DNA of 64,000 nucleotides from Bradymonadia bacterium (GTDB taxonomy: Bacteria; Myxococcota_A; Bradymonadia; UBA7976; UBA1532), in assembly GCA_046290225.1 (NCBI GenBank), contig JBKAGE010000044.1:1-64000 (forward strand), written 5' to 3'. This document shows positions 48,309-56,489 of the stretch, piece by piece. A program made the translations under genes and the position numbers. Numbering within the stretch: position 1 is the stretch's first letter; every line of letters starts with the position of its first letter. The notes below the pieces were generated by a model. That model had not been told where the DNA came from. It was given only the letters and a program-made list of their open reading frames with translations, and made no database searches.

Positions 48309-48953
48309 ATGAAGATCGCGTTCATCGGCGCTGGTAGGGTCGGCGCCCCCCTCGCAGCTCACCTCGCCGAAGCCGGGCACACAGTCTGGCTGGCTCAAAC
48401 AAAAGATGACTCCAAGAGTCTCGATACAGCCCTCGCACGCTCGCTCCGCCTCTCTGCGCGCCCCCTCGACGAGGCCATTCGAGACGCAGATGCGGTCTTT
48501 CTCGCGATCCCCTTCGGCGCTCACGAGACACTGTTGCCCACGATCGCCGACGCCCTGGCGGGCAAGGTGCTCGTCGACTGCACCAACCCCGTGGGCCCAG
48601 GGCTCTCTCACGGCCTCGGAGATCGCTCGGGCAGTGCGTACGTGCAAAGCCTCGTGCCCGGCGCCCGGGTGGTGAAGGCCTTCTCCATCTATGGGTTCGA
48701 GAACTTCGAGGACCCAGGATTTCCCGGCTATGGCATACGCCCAGTGATGCTCTTCTGCGGTGAAGACCCTTCGGCCAAGGCAACTGTGGCGACATTTATC
48801 AATGATTGCGGATTTGAGCCGATGGATGTTGGCGGACTCGCCCAGGCCCTGCACCTCGAGCACATGACCCTGATGTGGGTGCGCATGGTGCGGGTGGACC
48901 GACACTCACCCCACCTGACCTGGGCGGCGCTCCGGCGCATCAAGGCATCCTGA
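48309..48953 (+). CDS. NADP oxidoreductase, F420-dependent family
   Basis: IGAGRVG, DCTNP, RVVKAF; RBS AGGAGG. Confidence 0.9.
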   Translation: MKIAFIGAGRVGAPLAAHLAEAGHTVWLAQTKDDSKSLDTALARSLRLSARPLDEAIRDADAVFLAIPFGAHETLLPTIADALAGKVLVDCTNPVGPGLSHGLGDRSGSAYVQSLVPGARVVKAFSIYGFENFEDPGFPGYGIRPVMLFCGEDPSAKATVATFINDCGFEPMDVGGLAQALHLEHMTLMWVRMVRVDRHSPHLTWAALRRIKAS

Positions 48954-49075
48954 AACGCACAGCCTGCCTGAGGAAGACTGAGTAGAAACACGCTTCAGCG
49001 TGCCCATGAGGCCGGGTATGGTCGCTCTGTCCCGGAGAGTTGGGCTCAGTATTCCAGTCCAGGAAGGCATACTCA

Positions 49076-49840
49076 TTGAGTTCGAAGCGCAAACAGGCCA
49101 TCCGCACCCTGCTCAAGGGCATCGAGAGCGGAGATCCCGCTGCAGCCGCCGTGGTCAACGAGGCGAAGTACATTCAGCACAACCCGCAGACTCACGAGGG
49201 CAGTGAGGGGCTCGCCGCCCTCTTCGCACGGCTGTCGAAGACCAACCCTCGGGTGAACATCGTGCGCATCTTCTCCGACGGTGACTTTGTCTTCGGCCAC
49301 ACCGAGTATGACTTCTCGACGCGACGCATCGGATTCGAAGTCTTCCGCTTCGAGGGCGATCAGGCCGTAGAGCACTGGGACAACATTCAGCCCCGTAAGG
49401 GGCCCAACCCTGCGGGCCGTAGTATGGTGGACGGCCCCACTGAAGTGGTGGATCTGCCACACACCGAGGCCAACCGGGCCCGGGTGGTGGACTTTGTGCG
49501 AGAGGTGCTCATCGCAAGGCGACCAGAGCGCATCGCCGAGTTCGTCGACGTCGATCGCTTCGTGGAGCACAACCCGGGCATGACAGATGACTTGTCAGCG
49601 CTGCGAGAGGCGCTGACGGCCCCTGAGGGCTCAGCGGACGCCATCGACTATCGGCAGCAGCACCGCGTGCTCGCCGAGGGCAATTTCGTCTTGTCGGTGT
49701 GCGAGGGTGCTGTTGGGGGCGAGCACTCGGCGCTCTATGATCTGTTCCGGCTCGAAGCCGGCAAGATCGTCGAACATTGGGACACGACGGAGCACGTGGC
49801 ACCGCGCTCGGAGTGGAAGAACGACAACGGTAAGTTCTGA
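49076..49840 (+). CDS. Tandem SnoaL-like/NTF2 domain protein
   Basis: YIQHNP, EHWDNIQ, DLFRLEAGKIVEHWD, WKNDNGKF; TTG start after AGGAAGG. Confidence 0.88.
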   Translation: MSSKRKQAIRTLLKGIESGDPAAAAVVNEAKYIQHNPQTHEGSEGLAALFARLSKTNPRVNIVRIFSDGDFVFGHTEYDFSTRRIGFEVFRFEGDQAVEHWDNIQPRKGPNPAGRSMVDGPTEVVDLPHTEANRARVVDFVREVLIARRPERIAEFVDVDRFVEHNPGMTDDLSALREALTAPEGSADAIDYRQQHRVLAEGNFVLSVCEGAVGGEHSALYDLFRLEAGKIVEHWDTTEHVAPRSEWKNDNGKF

Positions 49841-49843
49841 GAA

Positions 49844-50515
49844 TCAGTCGAGGCCCGACTTGCCCTCGACCCAGTAGGCCTTCACCTTGAAGTCGCTCAC
49901 CCCACGGGCCCTGAGCTCGCCTCGCACGCGCTTGATCATCGCGCCGCCGCCGGCCATCCCCACCCGAGCCCCCGAGGCCACCGCGTCGAGGAGCGCTGGA
50001 TCTGTCCGGGCGCCTCGTCGAAAGACCTGGGCGTCGCTCAGCCCCAGCTGTTCGAGGGCCGGCGCGACATCGAGCTCGGGCGCCACTTCGAGGATCGTCT
50101 CGAAGCCCTGCGGCCGGGCGCGCTTGAAGGCGGCGGCCACGGCGATGGCGGTCTCATCGCCGATGAAGGTGATGGGCCCTGCAGGCAGGCTGAGGGAGCG
50201 CGACGGGCCTACGAACCTGATCTTCTGACCTGCCTCGAGCCCCTTGAGCCACCGCGTCGCCGGCGTTGACCCACCATGGTCGAAGGCCAGCAGCTCGAAC
50301 CGGCCGTTGTCCCAGCCCACAGGGGTGTACGTGCGCACATCCCGAGAAGGGAAGACGATCTGCACCTTCGCCCCGGGCGTATACCCCTTGGCAGGCGCCC
50401 CACGGACCTCGAGGTACACAAAGCGCTCGCCGAGCACCTCGACGCGACTGAGCTCGGCTTCGGAGAGCACGAGGCCTCCGAGCAGATTCAAGATGCGGCC
50501 TTTCGCAGATGACAT
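49844..50515 (-). CDS. Siderophore-interacting protein (FAD-binding reductase)
   Basis: RTYTP, GDETA, KAYWVEG motifs. Confidence 0.82.
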   Translation of the reverse strand: MSSAKGRILNLLGGLVLSEAELSRVEVLGERFVYLEVRGAPAKGYTPGAKVQIVFPSRDVRTYTPVGWDNGRFELLAFDHGGSTPATRWLKGLEAGQKIRFVGPSRSLSLPAGPITFIGDETAIAVAAAFKRARPQGFETILEVAPELDVAPALEQLGLSDAQVFRRGARTDPALLDAVASGARVGMAGGGAMIKRVRGELRARGVSDFKVKAYWVEGKSGLD

Positions 50516-50582
50516 GCACGCTCCCGTTGTGCAGTTCAGAGAGTTGAACGCGCTGATGAGATGGTCGAGCGGCAGGATCGGT

Positions 50583-51356
50583 TCAGAACTTGCCAGAGTT
50601 GGCCCACTCTTCTCGGGGTGGCACCGGTTCCGAGTTGTCCCAGTGTTCGACGATCTTGCCGTCTTCGAGCCGGAACAGATCCACTTGGCAGAGATCCTGC
50701 TCTTCCCAGCGAGCGCGGTTGAGGGTGGCGACGAAGTTCCCCTCCCCCACCATCATGAAGCACGACTGGTAGCTCAACGGATCATCTTCTTTGTCGGCGA
50801 GCTTGAGGAACGCGTCGAGGCCGTCGCCCACCACGGCGTTGTGTTGCAGATACTTCTCGCTGTTGATGAAGTCGGTGACGCGATCGAACCGTCGCCCGAT
50901 CAGGCATGTCTCGATGAACTCGCGCACCACAGCCTTGTTGGCCTCGGTCTTGTCGAGATCGACGATCTCCGTGGGGCCATCGGTCAAAGTCCGGCCTGAG
51001 GGGTTCGGAGGTGTATCAGCGGCGATGACATCCCAGTGCTCGATGATTTTGCCGTCGGCGTCACTGTCGAAGAAGTCCGTAGTCACCCACTTGCTCTCTC
51101 CGTCATTCAAGACCTGATGGGCGTGAATGAAGACGTTGGGGCCGTCTTGCAGCGCCCGCACCACGCGGATGTCCCGCTTGGGGTTCCGGGCGATGAAGGG
51201 CTCGAAGAAAGCCACAAAGCCTTCGACGCCGTCGGCGACCCCCGTGGAGTGCTGGGTGTAGCGGTCTCCGGTGTACTTTTCGACTGCGGCGCGGGCGTTG
51301 CCGTCGCGGATCCCGTCCATGTAGAGGGCGATGGCGTTGTCTCTCGGTGAAGCCAC
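50583..51356 (-). CDS. Tandem SnoaL-like/NTF2 domain protein (paralog of 49076)
   Basis: YTQHST, EHWDVI, YLQHN, DLFRLEDGKIVEHWD, WANSGKF; GTG after GGGAG. Confidence 0.88.
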   Translation of the reverse strand: MASPRDNAIALYMDGIRDGNARAAVEKYTGDRYTQHSTGVADGVEGFVAFFEPFIARNPKRDIRVVRALQDGPNVFIHAHQVLNDGESKWVTTDFFDSDADGKIIEHWDVIAADTPPNPSGRTLTDGPTEIVDLDKTEANKAVVREFIETCLIGRRFDRVTDFINSEKYLQHNAVVGDGLDAFLKLADKEDDPLSYQSCFMMVGEGNFVATLNRARWEEQDLCQVDLFRLEDGKIVEHWDNSEPVPPREEWANSGKF

Positions 51357-51374
51357 AAGGTCTCCCTTGTTGTA

Positions 51375-51406
51375 TGAATGAGGTGCATGAGAGTGCACCT
51401 CATTCA
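51375..51406. promoter_or_regulatory. Perfect 13-bp inverted repeat made of two candidate LysR boxes
   Basis: TGAATGAGGTGCA-TGAGAG-TGCACCTCATTCA. Confidence 0.6.
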
Positions 51407-51446
51407 CAGTGCGTCGTCGAGCCTTCTGTCTCATTGTCATCAAACT

Positions 51447-51850
51447 TCACATTTCAAGATCTGGCACAAAGCCTCTGAGCAACACTTCCAGGTGGGACTC
51501 CAGCGCCTCAAAGGCCTCTGCCTTCGAAGTCACGCCTCGGCCTTCGTTGGCCAGCGTCACCAGGCCATGCACCTGCGACGGGAGGTGAAGCGCGAGTGAG
51601 GCAGTCGAAAGACCCGCAGGCGATGCCGGCTAACGCCTTTAAAGCATCGTCGAGGACGCTTTCGGCTGCATCGCGAAGTGCTGATGCCCAGACAGGCGAA
51701 GGTATCTGGCTTTGCCAGACAACTCGTAGTCGACAGAGGCGAAGCCGACGGAGCGAAGAGTTGCCCATCGGGTGCCTTCGTCTGGCTGAGCTAGACAGCA
51801 CTGCCTTTCTGGCGATGGGAGCAGTTGTGTTAGAACCTCTTTATGCTTTT
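51447..51850 (-). pseudogene. Frameshifted remnant of a TetR (WHG-type C-terminal) regulator
   Basis: Three minus-strand frames give LRSVGFASVDYELSGKARYLRL, then ALRDAAESVLDDALKAL, then LALHLPSQVHGLVTL..LEVLLRGF*. Confidence 0.45.
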
Positions 51851-52637
51851 GAGGAGGCTGGTCTTGCACTCCAAACTGATCTGCGCGCTGGTCTTTAGCT
51901 GGGCAGCCATCGGTGCCGGCTGCGCTTCGGACTACACCCGCACGCAGTTGCCCCAAGGTGAGGTGCACTCGGTCCGCATTGCGTACAACAACGCCCACGT
52001 GCTCGTAGGGCCCGCTGGGGCGGTACTCATCGACTCGGGGCTCGAACGGGATGCCTCGGAGTTGCTCGAAGAGATCGCTGACGCTGATGTGTCCCCTGCT
52101 TCGATCAAGGCTGTCATCATCACCCATGGTCACGCAGATCATGCCGGTGGGGCCCGCCTGCTGCGCGAGCGTCACGGCGCGCAGATCATCGCAGGTCAGG
52201 CAGAGCGCCCCATGCTCGAGGCAGGGCAGAACGATCGCCTTTGCCCCACAGGAGATCGGGCCCGTGACGACCTCGAGAAGTATCAAAACGAGACTTACAC
52301 GGGCTATGCCGCCGACATCTGGATCTCAGAGCAGATGGATCTGGCGCCGCTCACGGGCATCGAGGGACACATCGTGGCTCTGCCAGGTCACACGCCTGGC
52401 TCCCTGGTTGTGATCGCAGGCAAGGTGGCCTTCGTCGGGGATCTCTTCCGCGGAGCCATCGTGGGCGCCTCGGCGGAGACACACTTCTACATGTGCGATC
52501 TCGCCGACAACCGCCGCGACATCGAGTGGCTGCTCGCCACGTACCCTCAGGTGCACACCTTCTTCGCGGGGCACTTCGGCCCGGTCTCGCGAGAGGCAAT
52601 CACCGAATATCTCGATCGCTCGAAGAGCGAAGGCTGA
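51843..52637 (+). CDS. MBL-fold metallo-hydrolase, lipoprotein
   Basis: Lipobox GAGC; THGHADH, PGHTPGS, GDL, GH. Confidence 0.9.
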   Translation: MLLRRLVLHSKLICALVFSWAAIGAGCASDYTRTQLPQGEVHSVRIAYNNAHVLVGPAGAVLIDSGLERDASELLEEIADADVSPASIKAVIITHGHADHAGGARLLRERHGAQIIAGQAERPMLEAGQNDRLCPTGDRARDDLEKYQNETYTGYAADIWISEQMDLAPLTGIEGHIVALPGHTPGSLVVIAGKVAFVGDLFRGAIVGASAETHFYMCDLADNRRDIEWLLATYPQVHTFFAGHFGPVSREAITEYLDRSKSEG

Positions 52638-53246
52638 TCAGGTCACCTCGGGGCGCCGACCCACAGCCCACATGACCTCCGCTTCTCCTTTGGGAGTCTC
52701 CATCGTAAAGGCGGGCTCCAAACGCACACGCTCCAAGTCGGCTCCATCGAGCGCTTCGCTGATCTCCTGACTCGTCAACCCATAGGGATCGTCTCCCCCC
52801 GTCCATGCCCAGTCCCACTGAACGAAGAGGCCGCCAGGCTGGAGCGCCCCAGCCAGTGTACGCAGAACGCCAGGGTAACCTTTACCGAGGAATGCACACA
52901 CTGACGACGCCACGATGAGGCCATACGGCCCGGAGATCTCCTCAGGCAGCACGCCGTCGGCGGGCACCGTACCCACCCGAGCATCCACGTGGGGGAGCCC
53001 CTTCGCCCTGAGCACCTCGATCATCGCCAGCGATCCGTCGAGAGCCAGCACCTGAGCTGGGGCGAGCTTCTCGGAGAGAAGCCCGGTGCCGCAGCCGAAG
53101 TCCAATACACGAGCGCCGTCGAGCGAGCGCCCGAGGGACGTCAACAGCTCGCTCAACAAGGCGTAGGCCTGCTCCGCATATGACCGCGCCCCTGGATCCT
53201 CGTCCCAGCCCTCGGCATAGGCATCCCAGCTGTTGTCTTCGCTCAT
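52638..53246 (-). CDS. Class I SAM-dependent methyltransferase
   Basis: WDAYAEGWD, LDFGCGTG, SSVCAF, PGGLFVQWD. Confidence 0.9.
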   Translation of the reverse strand: MSEDNSWDAYAEGWDEDPGARSYAEQAYALLSELLTSLGRSLDGARVLDFGCGTGLLSEKLAPAQVLALDGSLAMIEVLRAKGLPHVDARVGTVPADGVLPEEISGPYGLIVASSVCAFLGKGYPGVLRTLAGALQPGGLFVQWDWAWTGGDDPYGLTSQEISEALDGADLERVRLEPAFTMETPKGEAEVMWAVGRRPEVT

Positions 53247-53333
53247 CTACAACCTCCCAATCCGATTGAACCCGACGCGACCGTCGGTGTAGAGCTTCGC
53301 CATCTCCGACCACGCCCGTGAAAACTACGTCTC

Positions 53334-54143
53334 GTGAAGATATCTGGCCAGAGGCACACGCACGCTCATCGAGCAGGTCTGCTCGTGCTCTGCTTTTCTG
53401 TGCTCTGCTTTTCTGTGCTCGGCTGTCGCGAAGCCGAGAAGCGAGCACCCAAGACCACCCTCCATGTGCTCGCCGCTTCATCGCTCACTGAAGCGTTCCA
53501 CGATCTTGCCCGCGAGTTCGAAGCTCGGCACCCCGATGTCGATGTGCGGTTGAGCTTCGCTGGCAGTCAAATCCTGCGCATGCAGATCGAGCAAGGGGCA
53601 ACGGCAGACATCTTTGCCTCTGCAGACGAGGCACACCTCGACGCTCTGGTGAAAGCCGGGCTCGCCCTCGCGCCTCGCCCCTTCGCGCGCAACAGGCTGG
53701 TGGTGATTGTGCCTTCTGAGCACGCGCCCGCCGCTGATGGTCTTGAGGCGCTCTCACAGGCTCGACGCATCGTCGTAGGCACCGAAGGGGTGCCCATCGG
53801 GCGTTACACGTCACAGTTGCTCGCCCGCGTACGAGAGTTGCGTGGGCCGCACTTCGTGAACGCCATTGAAGGGCACATCGTCTCTCGGGAAGCCAACGTA
53901 CGCCTGGTCCGGGCCAAGGTGGCTCTCGGAGAGGCCGACGCCGCCGTCGTGTACCGCACCGACGTCAATGAGCAGGTCCGGGCCGTGGAGATGCCCTCGG
54001 GGCTCGACGTGCAGGCCCGATATCTCATGGGCCGGATGTCAGCGAGCGCCCACGCCGAGGTGGCCGCGGCGTTCATCGATTACGCCCGCTCTCCTGAAGG
54101 ACAACGCGTACTTCGGGGGCGGGGGTTCGACACCTTCGAGTGA
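53334..54143 (+). CDS. modA: Molybdate ABC transporter substrate-binding lipoprotein
   Basis: AASSLTEAF, FAGSQIL..QIEQGA, DIFASA, VPIGRY, GEADAAVVYRTD. Confidence 0.92.
   Translation: MKISGQRHTHAHRAGLLVLCFSVLCFSVLGCREAEKRAPKTTLHVLAASSLTEAFHDLAREFEARHPDVDVRLSFAGSQILRMQIEQGATADIFASADEAHLDALVKAGLALAPRPFARNRLVVIVPSEHAPAADGLEALSQARRIVVGTEGVPIGRYTSQLLARVRELRGPHFVNAIEGHIVSREANVRLVRAKVALGEADAAVVYRTDVNEQVRAVEMPSGLDVQARYLMGRMSASAHAEVAAAFIDYARSPEGQRVLRGRGFDTFE
53385..53420 (+). repeat. 15-bp tandem repeat in the modA signal peptide (VLCFS x2)
   Basis: gtgctctgcttttct x2 + gtgctc. Confidence 0.85.
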
Positions 54144-54162
54144 TGCGCATCGCGCAGTCTGT

Positions 54163-54927
54163 TCAAAACTCGAAGTGACCGCCGAGGGTGATGGAGCGGC
54201 CCACCACGAGGCTGCCGAGATCGTCAGCCACCCGTGAGTAGGACCGCCACACCAGGGAGAGGCTCCCGAGAGGCATGTCGTAGTAGCTGGCCACCCCCCA
54301 GGCGTTGCCCCAGGGCAACCCGTCGAAGATGGAGTCGACGGCAGAGAACAGGTCTGCTTCGCCGCGGAGCCCCACGCGCACCCGGTCGGCATACACCCCC
54401 GCCTCGAGGTTGAAGTTCCACATGAAGCGGTCAATGCGGGTGGGGCCTGTGAGATCGCGCCAGACCATGTCGATGAAGTCGAAGTCGATGTAGAGGTTTT
54501 CGTCGGCGAACTGGCCGCCTACGGCGAACCGCCACTCACTGTAGGCCGCTGTGACTTCTTCCACAGGGCCACCGGTGCGCTGCGTGTCGACGTCGGCGCC
54601 AGACCACGCGTGTACCAACTGCACGCGCATGCCTTGGGGCATCGGCGTGTATTCGGACCAGAAGGTCTCGGTGGTCGTGGTGGAGTATCGCTTCGTCACC
54701 ACCTTACGGTCGTATCGCGTGCTGGCGATGATGCTGGCGAGCAGCCCGGTGGAGTCGATGATCTTCACCCGATGTACCGGCAACTGCACCTTGACGTTGG
54801 GCTGACCCTCGATCCTGCGATGCTCGAACTGATGCAGCTCGTAGGCGTAGCCCAAACCAAAGGCACCGGCGACGGTGGGCGTGCCGAGCAGGGCCAGGGC
54901 GAGCAGGGTGAGCATCGAGGGGCGCAT
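54163..54927 (-). CDS. Hypothetical secreted protein, probable outer-membrane beta-barrel
   Basis: Signal peptide; alternating aromatic strands; C-terminal GGHFEF. Confidence 0.6.
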   Translation of the reverse strand: MRPSMLTLLALALLGTPTVAGAFGLGYAYELHQFEHRRIEGQPNVKVQLPVHRVKIIDSTGLLASIIASTRYDRKVVTKRYSTTTTETFWSEYTPMPQGMRVQLVHAWSGADVDTQRTGGPVEEVTAAYSEWRFAVGGQFADENLYIDFDFIDMVWRDLTGPTRIDRFMWNFNLEAGVYADRVRVGLRGEADLFSAVDSIFDGLPWGNAWGVASYYDMPLGSLSLVWRSYSRVADDLGSLVVGRSITLGGHFEF

Positions 54928-54994
54928 ACCTCGAATTTAAGAGGAGCGCATTCGAATGTCGAGATGAGCGGCCATCGCAGTTAACATCATCCGC

Positions 54995-56455
54995 ATGCGT
55001 CGCCCAATCCACCTTCGACGACTCTGCATCTGGTCACTGGCTCTGAGCTGGCTGCTTTCGGGCTGTGTCTGGGACACCAACTTCTTCGACGACTACAGCG
55101 AAGCAGGCCTGATGGACTTCGCCGACATGGGCGCCGAAGGCCCGTTGGCGGACATGGCCCTGCCTGCAGACGCAGCCCCACCGCCGACGACGAGCGGTCT
55201 GGGGCCTGACTGCAGCGTTGGAGGATGCGGCCTGGTCACCTTCACCGGGAGCGCTCAGCTCGCGGGTCTCGCCGCCGATGACGGCGGTGGCGCCTGGGTG
55301 TTGATCAACGGCCCAGTGTCCTCTGCCCGCTCTGGCGGACAAGATGAGGCCCTCGACCCCAACGCACCGGGGCACCTGATCCACATCACTGGTGGAGGCT
55401 TCGTCGTCGACTTCGTCGCGCCGCTGCCGTTTCGCGGCACAGGCCTCGCTGCCACAAATACGGCGGTCTTCGTCAGCGGACACAATGTTCAGGCCGGCGA
55501 GTTCCTCGATCGCTCACTCGACCCGGCCCAGGGCAACGCCATCATCGCCCGGATCGCCAACCAGCAACTGCAGTGGTGGGTGACATGGTCCAGCTCTACT
55601 CCGCCGAAGCTGGGCAGTGAAGGCCCCACGGCGGTCTGGATCGCAGGCAGCCCGGGCAACCCCACCTTCACCCGCGATGGTGCGGCGACACCTTTCTTCG
55701 AAGGCTCGGCTCCTGATGCACCCGGGCAGTTCGTCGCCCGCTTCACGGGGCTGGGCGACCTGGAATGGCTACAGCCCTTTGGGGCACCTGATGCGTCCAC
55801 CGCCCTCTTCGACGTCGGACCAGGCGGTCACGGTGTCATCGCCGCAACAGGCAATGGCACCTTCTGGGACGGTACGGCGCTGTCACCGGTGATGTTCACG
55901 CTGGCGCAAATCAACAGCGCCGGCGGCATCATCTGGACACAGCCTTCCACAGCGATGCCCACCGCCCTCGCCGTCGATCCCGGCGGCCGCACCTGGATGA
56001 CCGCCCGAGTCTCTGGGGATCCCGGTGAGTTGCCGGTGGAGCATCCTGAGGGTGAAGCAGGTTATTCGGCGTTGGGGCTCTTGCTGCCCAACGGGATCGC
56101 ATCAGGCGCTTCAGCGCTGGTGGGCCCTCAAGGAGGCACGATCGACGCGATCGGCGCATCAGGCTCTCCCCTGGTGCTGGGGCAGACCTATGGTGAGGGC
56201 AGCACCACCCTCGCCGAGCGTACCGTCGGTGCCACAGGGCTCTTCATCGCCGGGGTCAACGCCAATGTACGGTCCACCTGGATGCAGCGCATCGGCCCAC
56301 CGAGCCCCAACGCCCCTCAGGGTCGCGCCGTCTCCGAGGGTGGTCAGTTCCAGTTCATCGCAGCTGACGCCTTCGCCCCCATCGAGTGGGGGGGTGAGAC
56401 CTCACCGTACGCCGGCCAGCCCACGGTGGTGGTCCTGCGGTTCCCCACCCCCTGA
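54995..56455 (+). CDS. Lipoprotein with SBBP-like beta-propeller
   Basis: Lipobox LSGC; repeated FVARF..G.LEW / LAVDPGG units. Confidence 0.65.
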   Translation: MRRPIHLRRLCIWSLALSWLLSGCVWDTNFFDDYSEAGLMDFADMGAEGPLADMALPADAAPPPTTSGLGPDCSVGGCGLVTFTGSAQLAGLAADDGGGAWVLINGPVSSARSGGQDEALDPNAPGHLIHITGGGFVVDFVAPLPFRGTGLAATNTAVFVSGHNVQAGEFLDRSLDPAQGNAIIARIANQQLQWWVTWSSSTPPKLGSEGPTAVWIAGSPGNPTFTRDGAATPFFEGSAPDAPGQFVARFTGLGDLEWLQPFGAPDASTALFDVGPGGHGVIAATGNGTFWDGTALSPVMFTLAQINSAGGIIWTQPSTAMPTALAVDPGGRTWMTARVSGDPGELPVEHPEGEAGYSALGLLLPNGIASGASALVGPQGGTIDAIGASGSPLVLGQTYGEGSTTLAERTVGATGLFIAGVNANVRSTWMQRIGPPSPNAPQGRAVSEGGQFQFIAADAFAPIEWGGETSPYAGQPTVVVLRFPTP

Positions 56456-56489
56456 TCCACAACAGCTCACCCAGGAACTGACGCCTCTG

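Noticed and set aside
51462..51477. Third sigma54 promoter (TGGCACAAAGCCTCTG)
   Set aside because: No GC at the -12 position, and it lies inside the TetR remnant
53250..53334. Moco riboswitch or ModE box upstream of modA
   Set aside because: No recognisable consensus in the short intergenic region
41500..54000. Integrative element inserted at the tRNA
   Set aside because: No integrase and no duplicated tRNA 3' end seen; composition not obviously shifted
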